Of a stretch of 41,501 bases of DNA, positions 25,301 through 37,904 are shown piece by piece. Under the pieces are notes generated by a model. That model was not told the DNA's origin. It ran no database searches and saw nothing but the letters and a program-made list of their open reading frames with translations. A program made the position numbers and the translations under genes. Every line of letters begins with the position of its first letter. Within the stretch, counting starts at the first letter, position 1. This DNA comes from Utricularia gibba (Eukaryota > Plantae > Magnoliophyta), in contig NEEC01000161.1 in assembly GCA_002189035.1 (NCBI GenBank), positions 1-41,501 of the forward strand, read 5' to 3'.

Positions 25301-27917
25301 CGTTTTGTGGCGGCCAGTCTCGCTGGGAACTTGGTCCTTGACCCCGATTCTGTATGGCTCATGAGGTCAACTGGATGCAAATCGATTAAAAAAAATGATG
25401 CATTTGTTTAAATTACGATGTCACGTGCACCCCACATGATTTTTTTAACAACTACTTTATACATGAGGAGGCGGTCTTGGGGGCACTTGGAACCGGAAAA
25501 AGATCAGCTTAGGCCTTGGCCCAAAGTAAGTTGTAGCCCGGCAAAGAAAGTGATGTATTTATTAACGTTCGGTTTTCGGTGTTGCCTACATGGTTTTTCA
25601 AGGAACAGCTTCTCGTTTTGTGGCGGCCAGTCTCGCTAGGAACTTGGTCCGGGCCCGCGATTCTTTATGGCTCATGAGGACAAAAGGATGCAAATCGATG
25701 AATACAATGTTGCATTTGTTTAAATTGCGATATCACGTGCACCCCACATGATTTTTTCAACAACTTACTTTATACTTGAGCAGGCGGTCTTTGGGTGCAC
25801 TGGAACGGACAAAGGTAGGTTTGGCTTGCCGAGAGTTAGTTGTAGTCCGGCAAATAAAGTGATGTATTTATTATCGTTCGGTTTTCGGGGCTGCCTACAT
25901 GGTTTTTCAAGGAACCGCTTCTCGTTTTGTGGCGGCCAGTCTCGCTGGGAACTTGGTCCTTGACCCCGATTCTGTATGGCTCATGAGGTCAACTGGATGC
26001 AAATCGATTAAAAAAAATGATGCATTTGTTTAAATTACGATGTCACGTGCACCCCACATGATTTTTTCAACAACTTACTTTATACTTGAGAAGGCGGTCT
26101 TTGGGGCACTTGGAACCGGAAAAAGATCAGCTTAGGCCTTGGCCCAAAGTAAGTTGTAGCCCGGCAAAGAAAGTGATGTATTTATTAACGTTCGGTTTTC
26201 GGTGTTGCCTACATGGTTTTTCAAGGAACAGCTTCTCGTTTTGTGGCGGCCAGTCTCGCTAGGAACTTGGTCCGGGCCCGCGATTCTTTATGGCTCATGA
26301 GGACAAAAGGATGCAAATCGATGAATACAATGTTGCATTTGTTTAAATTGCGATATCACGTGCACCCCACATGATTTTTTCAACAACTTACTTTATACTT
26401 GAGAGGCGGTCTTTGGGTGCACTTGGAACGGACAAAGGTAAGGTTTGGCTTGCACCGAAGTTAGTTGTAGTCCGGCAAATAAAGTGATGTATTTATTATC
26501 GTTCGGTTTTCGGGGGCTGCCTACATGGTTTTTCAAGGAACCGCTTCTCGTTTTGTGGCGGCCAGTCTCGCTGGGAACTTGGTCCTTGACCCCGATTCTG
26601 TATGGCTCATGAGGTCAACTGGATGCAAATCGATTAAAAAAAATGATGCATTTGTTTAAATTACGATGTCACGTGCACCCCACATGATTTTTTTAACAAC
26701 ATACTTTATACATGAGGAGGCGGTCTTGGGGGGCACTTGGAACCGGAAAAAGGTCAGCTTAGGCCTTGGCCCAAAGTAAGTTGTAGCCCGGCAAAGAAAG
26801 TGATGTATTTATTAACGTTCGGTTTTCGGTGTTGCCTACATGGTTTTTCAAGGAACAGCTTCTCGTTTTGTGGCGGCCAGTCTCGCTAGGAACTTGGTCC
26901 GGGCCCGCGATTCTTTATGGCTCATGAGGACAAAAGGATGCAAATCGATGAATACAATGTTGCATTTGTTTAAATTGCGATATCACGTGCACCCCACATG
27001 ATTTTTTCAACAACTTACTTTATACTTGAGCAGGCGGTCTTGGGTGCACCTGGAACGGAAAAAGGTAGGTTTGGCTTGCCAAAGTTAGTTGTAGTCCGGC
27101 AAATAAAGTGATGTATTTATTATCGTTCGGTTTTCGGGGGCTGCCTACATGGTTTTTCAAGGAACCGCTTCTCGTTTTGTGGCGGCCAGTCTCGCTGGGA
27201 ACTTGGTCCTTGACCCCGATTCTGTATGGCTCATGAGGTCAACTGGATGCAAATCGATTAAAAAAAATGATGCATTTGTTTAAATTACGATGTCACGTGC
27301 ACCCCACATGATTTTTTTAACAACATACTTTATACATGAGGAGGCGGTCTTGGGGGCACTTGGAACCGGAAAAAGGTCAGCTTAGGCCTTGGCCCAAAGT
27401 AAGTTGTAGCCCGGCAAAGAAAGTGATGTATTTATTAACGTTCGGTTTTCGGTGTTGCCTACATGGTTTTTCAAGGAACAGCTTCTCGTTTTGTGGCGGC
27501 CAGTCTCGCTAGGAACTTGGTCCGGGCCGCGATTCTTTATGGCTCATGAGGACAAAAGGATGCAAATCGATGAATACAATGTTGCATTTGTTTAAATTGC
27601 GATATCACGTGCACCCCACATGATTTTTTCAACAACTTACTTTATACTTGAGCAGGCGGTCTTTGGGTGCACCTGGAACGGGACAAAGGTAGGTTTGGCT
27701 TGCCGAGAGTTAGTTGTAGTCCGGCAAATAAAGTGATGTATTTATTATCGTTCGGTTTTCGGGGCTGCCTACATGGTTTTTCAAGGAACCGCTTCTCGTT
27801 TTGTGGCGGCCAGTCTCGCTGGGAACTTGGTCCTTGACCCCGATTCTGTATGGCTCATGAGGTCAACTGGATGCAAATCGATTAAAAAAAATGATGCATT
27901 TGTTTAAATTATGATGT
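22303..27917 (+). repeat. Regular (A-B)n dimer block, 9 dimers without phase slip
   Basis: A-slot starts: 22303, 22927, 23555, 24183, 24805, 25422, 26044, 26670, 27294. B-slot starts: 22615, 23239, 23868, 24495, 25119, 25734, 26357, 26984, 27606. Confidence 0.9.
23239..23554 (+). repeat. Type B monomer, clean exemplar (316 bp)
   Basis: Diagnostic alleles: TCAACAACTTAC, CTTGAGCAGG, TTTGGGTGCACCTGGAACGGGACAAAGGTAAGGTTTGGCTTGCACCGAGAGTTAG, GTCCGGCAAATAAAG, ATCGTT, CGGGGGCTGCC, AACCGC, CTGGG, CCTTGACCCCG, GTCAACTGG, GATTAAAAAAAATGATGC, TTACGATGT. Confidence 0.95.
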
Positions 27918-29789
27918 CACGTGCACCCCACATGATTTTTTCAACAACTTACTTTATACTTGAGAGGCGGTCTTGGGGCACTTGGAACGGAAAAAGATCA
28001 GCTTAGGCCTTGGCCCAAAGTAAGTTGTAGCCGGCAAATAAAGTGATGTATTTATTATCGTTCGGTTTTCGGGGTGCCTACATGGTTTTTCAAGGAACGC
28101 TTCTCGTTTTGTGGCGGCCAGTCTCGCTGGGAACTTGGTCCTTGACCCCGATTCTGTATGGCTCATGAGGTCAACTGGATGCAAATCGATTAAAAAAAAT
28201 GATGCATTTGTTTAAATTACGATGTCACGTGCACCCCACATGATTTTTTAACAACATACTTTATACATGAGGAGGCGGTCTTGGGGGCACTTGGAACCGG
28301 AAAAAGATCAGCTTAGGCCTTGGCCCAAAGTAAGTTGTAGCCCGGCAAAGAAAGTGATGTATTTATTAACGTTCGGTTTTCGGTGTTGCCTACATGGTTT
28401 TTCAAGGAACAGCTTCTCGTTTTGTGGCGGCCAGTCTCGCTAGGAACTTGGTCCGGGCCGCGATTCTTTATGGCTCATGAGGACAAAAGGATGCAAATCG
28501 ATGAATACAATGTTGCATTTGTTTAAATTGCGATATCACGTGCACCCCACATGATTTTTTCAACAACTTACTTTATACTTGAGCAGGCGGTCTTTGGGTG
28601 CACCTGGAACGGGACAAAGGTAAGGTTTGGCTTGCCGAGAGTTAGTTGTAGTCCGGCAAATAAAGTGATGTATTTATTATCGTTCGGTTTTCGGGGGCTG
28701 CCTACATGGTTTTTCAAGGAACCGCTTCTCGTTTTGTGGCGGCCAGTCTCGCTGGGAACTTGGTCCTTGACCCCGATTCTGTATGGCTCATGAGGTCAAC
28801 TGGATGCAAATCGATTAAAAAAAATGATGCATTTGTTTAAATTACGATGTCACGTGCACCCCACATGATTTTTTCAACAACTTACTTTATACATGAGAGG
28901 CGGTCTTTGGGGCACTTGGAACCGGAAAAAGATCAGCTTAGGCCTTGGCCCAAAGTAAGTTGTAGCCCGGCAAAGAAAGTGATGTATTTATTAACGTTCG
29001 GTTTTCGTGTTGCCTACATGGTTTTTCAAGGAACAGCTTCTCGTTTTGTGGCGGCCAGTCTCGCTAGGAACTTGGTCCGGGCCCGCGATTCTTTATGGCT
29101 CATGAGGACAAAAGGATGCAAATCGATGAATACAATGTTGCATTTGTTTAAATTGCGATATCACGTGCACCCCACATGATTTTTTCAACAACTTACTTTA
29201 TACTTGAGCAGGCGGTCTTTGGGTGCACCTGGAACGGGACAAAGGTAAGGTTTGGCTTGCCCGAGAGTTAGTTGTAGTCCGGCAAATAAAGTGATGTATT
29301 TATTATCGTTCGGTTTTCGGGGGCTGCCTACATGGTTTTTCAAGGAACCGCTTCTCGTTTTGTGGCGGCCAGTCTCGCTGGGAACTTGGTCCTTGACCCC
29401 GATTCTGTATGGCTCATGAGGTCAACTGGATGCAAATCGATTAAAAAAAATGATGCATTTGTTTAAATTACGATGTCACGTGCACCCCACATGATTTTTT
29501 TAACAACATACTTTATACATGAGGAGGCGGTCTTGGGGGCACTTGGAACCGGAAAAAGGTCAGCTTAGGCCTTGGCCCAAAGTAAGTTGTAGCCCGGCAA
29601 AGAAAGTGATGTATTTATTAACGTTCGGTTTTCGGTGTTGCCTACATGGTTTTTCAAGGAACAGCTTCTCGTTTTGTGGCGGCCAGTCTCGCTAGGAACT
29701 TGGTCCGGGCCCGCGATTCTTTATGGCTCATGAGGACAAAAGGATGCAAATCGATGAATACAATGTTGCATTTGTTTAAATTGCGATAT

Positions 29790-32700
29790 CACGTGCACCC
29801 CACATGATTTTTTCAACAACTTACTTTATACTTGAGGAGGCGGTCTTGGGGGCACTTGGAACGGAAAAAGGTAGCTTAGGCTTGCCCAAAGTAAGTTGTA
29901 GTCCGGCAAATAAAGTGATGTATTTATTATCGTTCGGTTTTCGGGGGCTGCCTACATGGTTTTTCAAGGAACCGCTTCTCGTTTTGTGGCGGCCAGTCTC
30001 GCTGGGAACTTGGTCCTTGACCCCGATTCTGTATGGCTCATGAGGTCAACTGGATGCAAATCGATTAAAAAAAATGATGCATTTGTTTAAATTACGATGT
30101 CACGTGCACCCCACATGATTTTTTTAACAACATACTTTATACATGAGGAGGCGGTCTTGGGGGGCACTTGGAACCGGAAAAAGGTCAGCTTAGGCCTTGG
30201 CCCAAAGTAAGTTGTAGCCCGGCAAAGAAAGTGATGTATTTATTAACGTTCGGTTTTCGGTGTTGCCTACATGGTTTTTCAAGGAACAGCTTCTCGTTTT
30301 GTGGCGGCCAGTCTCGCTAGGAACTTGGTCCGGGCCGCGATTCTTTATGGCTCATGAGGACAAAAGGATGCAAATCGATGAATACAATGTTGCATTTGTT
30401 TAAATTGCGATATCACGTGCACCCCACATGATTTTTTCAACAACTTACTTTATACTTGAGCAGGCGGTCTTTGGGTGCACCTGGAACGGGACAAAGGTAA
30501 GGTTTGGCTTGCACGAGAGTTAGTTGTAGTCCGGCAAATAAAGTGATGTATTTATTATCGTTCGGTTTTCGGGGGCTGCCTACATGGTTTTTCAAGGAAC
30601 CGCTTCTCGTTTTGTGGCGGCCAGTCTCGCTGGGAACTTGGTCCTTGACCCCGATTCTGTATGGCTCATGAGGTCAACTGGATGCAAATCGATTAAAAAA
30701 AATGATCCATTTGTTTAAATTATGATGTCACGTGCACCCCACATGATTTTTTCAACAACTACTTTATACTTGAGAAGGCGGTCTTTGGGGCACTTGGAAC
30801 CGGAAAAAGATCAGCTTAGGCCTTGGCCCAAAGTAAGTTGTAGCCCGGCAAAGAAAGTGATGTATTTATTAACGTTCGGTTTTCGGTGTTGCCTACATGG
30901 TTTTTCAAGGAACAGCTTCTCGTTTTGTGGCGGCCAGTCTCGCTAGGAACTTGGTCCGGGCCCGCGATTCTTTATGGCTCATGAGGACAAAAGGATGCAA
31001 ATCGATGAATACAATGTTGCATTTGTTTAAATTGCGATATCACGTGCACCCCACATGATTTTTTCAACAACTTACTTTATACTTGAGCAGGCGGTCTTTG
31101 GGTGCACCTGGAACGGGACAAAGGTAAGGTTTGGCTTGCACCGAGAGTTAGTTGTAGTCCGGCAAATAAAGTGATGTATTTATTATCGTTCGGTTTTCGG
31201 GGGCTGCCTACATGGTTTTTCAAGGAACCGCTTCTCGTTTTGTGGCGGCCAGTCTCGCTGGGAACTTGGTCCTTGACCCCGATTCTGTATGGCTCATGAG
31301 GTCAACTGGATGCAAATCGATTAAAAAAAATGATGCATTTGTTTAAATTACGATGTCACGTGCACCCCACATGATTTTTTTAACAACATACTTTATACAT
31401 GAGGAGGCGGTCTTGGGGGCACTTGGAACCGGAAAAAGGTCAGCTTAGGCCTTGGCCCAAAGTAAGTTGTAGCCCGGCAAAGAAAGTGATGTATTTATTA
31501 ACGTTCGGTTTTCGGTGTTGCCTACATGGTTTTTCAAGGAACAGCTTCTCGTTTTGTGGCGGCCAGTCTCGCTAGGAACTTGGTCCGGGCCCGCGATTCT
31601 TTATGGCTCATGAGGACAAAAGGATGCAAATCGATGAATACAATGTTGCATTTGTTTAAATTGCGATATCACGTGCACCCCACATGATTTTTTCAACAAC
31701 TTACTTTATACTTGAGAGGCGGTCTTTGGGTGCACTTGGAACGGAAAAGATAGCTTAGGCTTGCCCAAAGTAAGTTGTAGTCCGGCAAATAAAGTGATGT
31801 ATTTATTATCGTTCGGTTTTCGGGGGCTGCCTACATGGTTTTTCAAGGAACCGCTTCTCGTTTTGTGGCGGCCAGTCTCGCTGGGAACTTGGTCCTTGAC
31901 CCCGATTCTGTATGGCTCATGAGGTCAACTGGATGCAAATCGATTAAAAAAAATGATGCATTTGTTTAAATTACGATGTCACGTGCACCCCACATGATTT
32001 TTTTAACAACATACTTTATACATGAGGAGGCGGTCTTGGGGCACTTGGAACCGGAAAAAGGTCAGCTTAGGCCTTGGCCCAAAGTAAGTTGTAGCCCGGC
32101 AAAGAAAGTGATGTATTTATTAACGTTCGGTTTTCGGTGTTGCCTACATGGTTTTTCAAGGAACAGCTTCTCGTTTTGTGGCGGCCAGTCTCGCTAGGAA
32201 CTTGGTCCGGGCCCGCGATTCTTTATGGCTCATGAGGACAAAAGGATGCAAATCGATGAATACAATGTTGCATTTGTTTAAATTGCGATATCACGTGCAC
32301 CCCACATGATTTTTTCAACAACTTACTTTATACTTGAGCAGGCGGTCTTTGGGTGCACTGGAACGGACAAAGGTAAGGTTTGGCTTGCCCGAAGTTAGTT
32401 GTAGTCCGGCAAATAAAGTGATGTATTTATTATCGTTCGGTTTTCGGGGGCTGCCTACATGGTTTTTCAAGGAACCGCTTCTCGTTTTGTGGCGGCCAGT
32501 CTCGCTGGGAACTTGGTCCTTGACCCCGATTCTGTATGGCTCATGAGGTCAACTGGATGCAAATCGATTAAAAAAATGATGCATTTGTTTAAATTACGAT
32601 GTCACGTGCACCCCACATGATTTTTTTAACAACTACTTTATACATGAGGAGGCGGTCTTGGGGGCACTTGGAACCGGAAAAAGGTCAGCTTAGGCCTTGG

Positions 32701-33844
32701 CCCAAAGTAAGTTGTAGCCCGGCAAAGAAAGTGATGTATTTATTAACGTTCGGTTTTCGGTGTTGCCTACATGGTTTTTCAAGGAACAGCTTCTCGTTTT
32801 GTGGCGGCCAGTCTCGCTAGGAACTTGGTCCGGGCCGCGATTCTTTATGGCTCATGAGGACAAAAGGATGCAAATCGATGAATACAATGTTGCATTTGTT
32901 TAAATTGCGATATCACGTGCACCCCACATGATTTTTTCAACAACTTACTTTATACTTGAGCAGGCGGTCTTTGGGCACCTGGAACGGGACAAAGGTAAGG
33001 TTTGGCTTGCCGAGAGTTAGTTGTAGTCCGGCAAATAAAGTGATGTATTTATTATCGTTCGGTTTTCGGGGCTGCCTACATGGTTTTTCAAGGAACCGCT
33101 TCTCGTTTTGTGGCGGCCAGTCTCGCTGGGAACTTGGTCCTTGACCCCGATTCTGTATGGCTCATGAGGTCAACTGGATGCAAATCGATTAAAAAAAATG
33201 ATGCATTTGTTTAAATTACGATGTCACGTGCACCCCACATGATTTTTTTAACAACATACTTTATACATGAGGAGGCGGTCTTGGGGGCACTTGGAACCGG
33301 AAAAAGGTCAGCTTAGGCCTTGGCCCAAAGTAAGTTGTAGCCCGGCAAAGAAAGTGATGTATTTATTAACGTTCGGTTTTCGGTGTTGCCTACATGGTTT
33401 TTCAAGGAACAGCTTCTCGTTTTGGCGGCCAGTCTCGCTAGGAACTTGGTCCGGGCCCGCGATTCTTTATGGCTCATGAGGACAAAAGGATGCAAATCGA
33501 TGAATACAATGTTGCATTTGTTTAAATTGCGATATCACGTGCACCCCACATGATTTTTTCAACAACTTACTTTATACTTGAGAGGCGGTCTTTGGGGGCA
33601 CTGGAACGGAAAAGATCAGCTTAGGCTTGCCCAAAGTAAGTTGTAGTCCGGCAAATAAAGTGATGTATTTATTATCGTTCGGTTTTCGGGGCTGCCTACA
33701 TGGTTTTTCAAGGAACCGCTTCTCGTTTTGTGGCGGCCAGTCTCGCTGGGAACTTGGTCCTTGACCCCGATTCTGTATGGCTCATGAGGTCAACTGGATG
33801 CAAATCGATTAAAAAAAATGATGCATTTGTTTAAATTACGATGT
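29790..33844 (+). repeat. Local hexamer periodicity (D-A-B-A-B-A)n, ~1870 bp
   Basis: D monomers at 29790, 31670 and 33536 (spacing 1880, 1866), each pair separated by A-B-A-B-A. Confidence 0.55.
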
Positions 33845-36800
33845 CACGTGCACCCCACATGATTTTTTTAACAACATACTTTATACATGAGGAGGCGGTC
33901 TTGGGGGCACTTGGAACCGGAAAAAGGTCAGCTTAGGCCTTGGCCCAAAGTAAGTTGTAGCCCGGCAAAGAAAGTGATGTATTTATTAACGTTCGGTTTT
34001 CGGTGTTGCCTACATGGTTTTTCAAGGAACAGCTTCTCGTTTTGTGGCGGCCAGTCTCGCTAGGAACTTGGTCCGGGCCGCGATTCTTTATGGCTCATGA
34101 GGACAAAAGGATGCAAATCGATGAATACAATGTTGCATTTGTTTAAATTGCGATATCACGTGCACCCCACATGATTTTTTCAACAACTTACTTTATACTT
34201 GAGAGGCGGTCTTTGGGTGCACCTGGAACGGGACAAAGGTAGGTTTGGCTTGCAAGAGTTAGTTGTAGTCCGGCAAATAAAGTGATGTATTTATTATCGT
34301 TCGGTTTTCGGGGCTGCCTACATGGTTTTTCAAGGAACCGCTTCTCGTTTTGTGGCGGCCAGTCTCGCTGGGAACTTGGTCCTTGACCCCGATTCTGTAT
34401 GGCTCATGAGGTCAACTGGATGCAAATCGATTAAAAAAAATGATCCATTTGTTTAAATTATGATGTCACGTGCACCCCACATGATTTTTTCAACAACTTA
34501 CTTTATACTTGAGAAGGCGGTCTTTGGGTGCACTTGGAACCGGAAAAAGATCAGCTTAGGCCTTGGCCCAAAGTAAGTTGTAGCCCGGCAAAGAAAGTGA
34601 TGTATTTATTAACGTTCGGTTTTCGGTGTTGCCTACATGGTTTTTCAAGGAACAGCTTCTCGTTTTGTGGCGGCCAGTCTCGCTGGGAACTTGGTCCTTG
34701 ACCCCGATTCTGTATGGCTCATGAGGTCAACTGGATGCAAATCGATTAAAAAAAAATGATGCATTTGTTTAAATTGCGATATCACGTGCACCCCACATGA
34801 TTTTTTCAACAACTTACTTTATACTTGAGGAGGCGGTCTTTGGGTGCACTTGGAACCGGAAAAAGATCAGCTTAGGCCTTGGCCCAAAGTAAGTTGTAGC
34901 CCGGCAAAGAAAGTGATGTATTTATTAACGTTCGGTTTTCGGTGTTGCCTACATGGTTTTTCAAGGAACAGCTTCTCGTTTTGTGGCGGCCAGTCTCGCT
35001 AGGAACTTGGTCCGGCCCGCGATTCTTTATGGCTCATGAGGACAAAAGGATGCAAATCGATGAATACAATGTTGCATTTGTTTAAATTGCGATATCACGT
35101 GCACCCCACATGATTTTTTCAACAACTTACTTTATACTTGAGCAGGCGGTCTTTGGTGCACCTGGAACGGGACAAAGGTAGGTTTGGCTTGCACGAGAGT
35201 TAGTTGTAGTCCGGCAAATAAAGTGATGTATTTATTATCGTTCGGTTTTCGGGGCTGCCTACATGGTTTTTCAAGGAACCGCTTCTCGTTTTGTGGCGGC
35301 CAGTCTCGCTGGGAACTTGGTCCTTGACCCCGATTCTGTATGGCTCATGAGGTCAACTGGATGCAAATCGATTAAAAAAAATGATGCATTTGTTTAAATT
35401 ATGATGTCACGTGCACCCCACATGATTTTTTCAACAACTTACTTTATACTTGAGGAGGCGGTCTTTGGGTGCACTTGGAACCGGAAAAAGATCAGCTTAG
35501 GCCTTGGCCCAAAGTAAGTTGTAGCCCGGCAAAAAAGTGATGTATTTATTAACGTTCGGTTTTCGGGTTGCCTACATGGTTTTTCAAGGAACCGCTTCTC
35601 GTTTTGTGGCGGCCAGTCTCGCTGGGAACTTGGTCCTTGACCCGATTCTGTATGGCTCATGAGGTCAACTGGATGCAAATCGATTAAAAAAATGATGCAT
35701 TTGTTTAAATTACGATGTCACGTGCACCCCACATGATTTTTTAACAACTACTTTATACTGAGAGGCGGTCTTGGGGCACTTGGAACCGGAAAAAGGTCAG
35801 CTTAGGCCTTGGCCCAAAGTAAGTTGTAGCCCGGCAAAGAAAGTGATGTATTTATTAACGTTCGGTTTTCGGTGTTGCCTACATGGTTTTTCAAGGAACA
35901 GCTTCTCGTTTTGTGGCGGCCAGTCTCGCTAGGAACTTGGTCCGGGCCCGCGATTCTTTATGGCTCATGAGGACAAAAGGATGCAAATCGATGAATACAA
36001 TGTTGCATTTGTTTAAATTGCGATATCACGTGCACCCCACATGATTTTTCAACAACTTACTTTATACTGAGGAGGCGGTCTTGGGGGCACTTGGAACGGA
36101 AAAAGATCAGCTTAGGCCTTGGCCCAAAGTAAGTTGTAGTCCGGCAAATAAAGTGATGTATTTATTATCGTTCGGTTTTCGGGGGCTGCCTACATGGTTT
36201 TTCAAGGAACCGCTTCTCGTTTTGTGGCGGCCAGTCTCGCTGGGAACTTGGTCCTTGACCCCGATTCTGTATGGCTCATGAGGTCAACTGGATGCAAATC
36301 GATTAAAAAAAATGATGCATTTGTTTAAATTACGATGTCACGTGCACCCCACATGATTTTTTTAACAACATACTTTATACATGAGGAGGCGGTCTTGGGG
36401 GGCACTTGGAACCGGAAAAAGGTCAGCTTAGGCCTTGGCCCAAAGTAAGTTGTAGCCCGGCAAAGAAAGTGATGTATTTATTAACGTTCGGTTTTCGGTG
36501 TTGCCTACATGGTTTTTCAAGGAACAGCTTCTCGTTTTGTGGCGGCCAGTCTCGCTAGGAACTTGGTCCGGGCCGCGATTCTTTATGGCTCATGAGGACA
36601 AAAGGATGCAAATCGATGAATACAATGTTGCATTTGTTTAAATTGCGATATCACGTGCACCCCACATGATTTTTTCAACAACTTACTTTATACTTGAGCA
36701 GGCGGTCTTTGGGTGCACCTGGAACGGGACAAAGGTAGGTTTGGCTTGCACGAGAGTTAGTTGTAGTCCGGCAAATAAAGTGATGTATTTATTATCGTTC

Positions 36801-37904
36801 GGTTTTCGGGGGCTGCCTACATGGTTTTTCAAGGAACCGCTTCTCGTTTTGTGGCGGCCAGTCTCGCTGGGAACTTGGTCCTTGACCCCGATTCTGTATG
36901 GCTCATGAGGTCAACTGGATGCAAATCGATTAAAAAAAAATGATCCATTTGTTTAAATTATGATGTCACGTGCACCCCACATGATTTTTTCAACAACTTA
37001 CTTTATACTTGAGAAGGCGGTCTTTGGGTGCACTTGGAACCGGAAAAAGATCAGCTTAGGCCTTGGCCCAAAGTAAGTTGTAGCCCGGCAAAGAAAGTGA
37101 TGTATTTATTAACGTTCGGTTTTCGGTGTTGCCTACATGGTTTTTCAAGGAACAGCTTCTCGTTTTGTGGCGGCCAGTCTCGCTGGGAACTTGGTCCTTG
37201 ACCCCGATTCTTATGGCTCATGAGGTCAACTGGATGCAAATCGATTAAAAAAATGATGCATTTGTTTAAATTGCGATATCACGTGCACCCCACATGATTT
37301 TTTCAACAAATACTTTATACTTGAGAAGGCGGTTTGGGTGCACTTGGAACCGGAAAAAGATCAGCTTAGGCCTTGGCCCAAAGTAAGTTGTAGCCCGGCA
37401 AAGAAAGTGATGTATTTATTAACGTTCGGTTTTCGGTGTTGCCTACATGGTTTTTCAAGGAACAGCTTCTCGTTTTGTGGCGGCCAGTCTCGCTAGGAAC
37501 TTGGTCCGGCCCGCGATTCTTTATGGCTCATGAGGACAAAAGGATGCAAATCGATGAATACAATGTTGCATTTGTTTAAATTGCGATATCACGTGCACCC
37601 CACATGATTTTTTCAACAACTTACTTTATACTTGAGCAGGCGGTCTTTGGGTGCACTTGGAACGGGACAAAGGTAAGGTTTGGCTTGCCCGAGAGTTAGT
37701 TGTAGTCCGGCAAATAAAGTGATGTATTTATTATCGTTCGGTTTTCGGGGGCTGCCTACATGGTTTTTCAAGGAACCGCTTCTCGTTTTGTGGCGGCCAG
37801 TCTCGCTGGGAACTTGGTCCTTGACCCCGATTCTGTATGGCTCATGAGGTCAACTGGATGCAAATCGATTAAAAAAAATGATGCATTTGTTTAAATTACG
37901 ATGT
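33536..37904 (+). repeat. Candidate octamer higher-order repeat (D-A-B'-C-A'-B'-D*-A), ~2.49 kb, ~1.75 tandem copies
   Basis: D at 33536 and 36027, B' (GATCCATTT/TATGATGT tail) at 34157 and 36652, C at 34467 and 36967, A' at 34783 and 37280. Offsets are 2491-2500 bp. Confidence 0.55.
34467..34782 (+). repeat. Type C mosaic monomer (A-type body, B-type 3' tract, A-type end), exemplar
   Basis: Head TTGAGAAGG...TTTGGGTGCACTTGGAACCGGAAAAAGATCAG, A alleles through AACAGC, B alleles CTGGG/CCTTGACCCC/GTCAACTGG/TTAAAAAAAA, then A-type TTGCGATAT. The same architecture occurs at 5859, 18906, 20434 and 36967. Confidence 0.75.
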
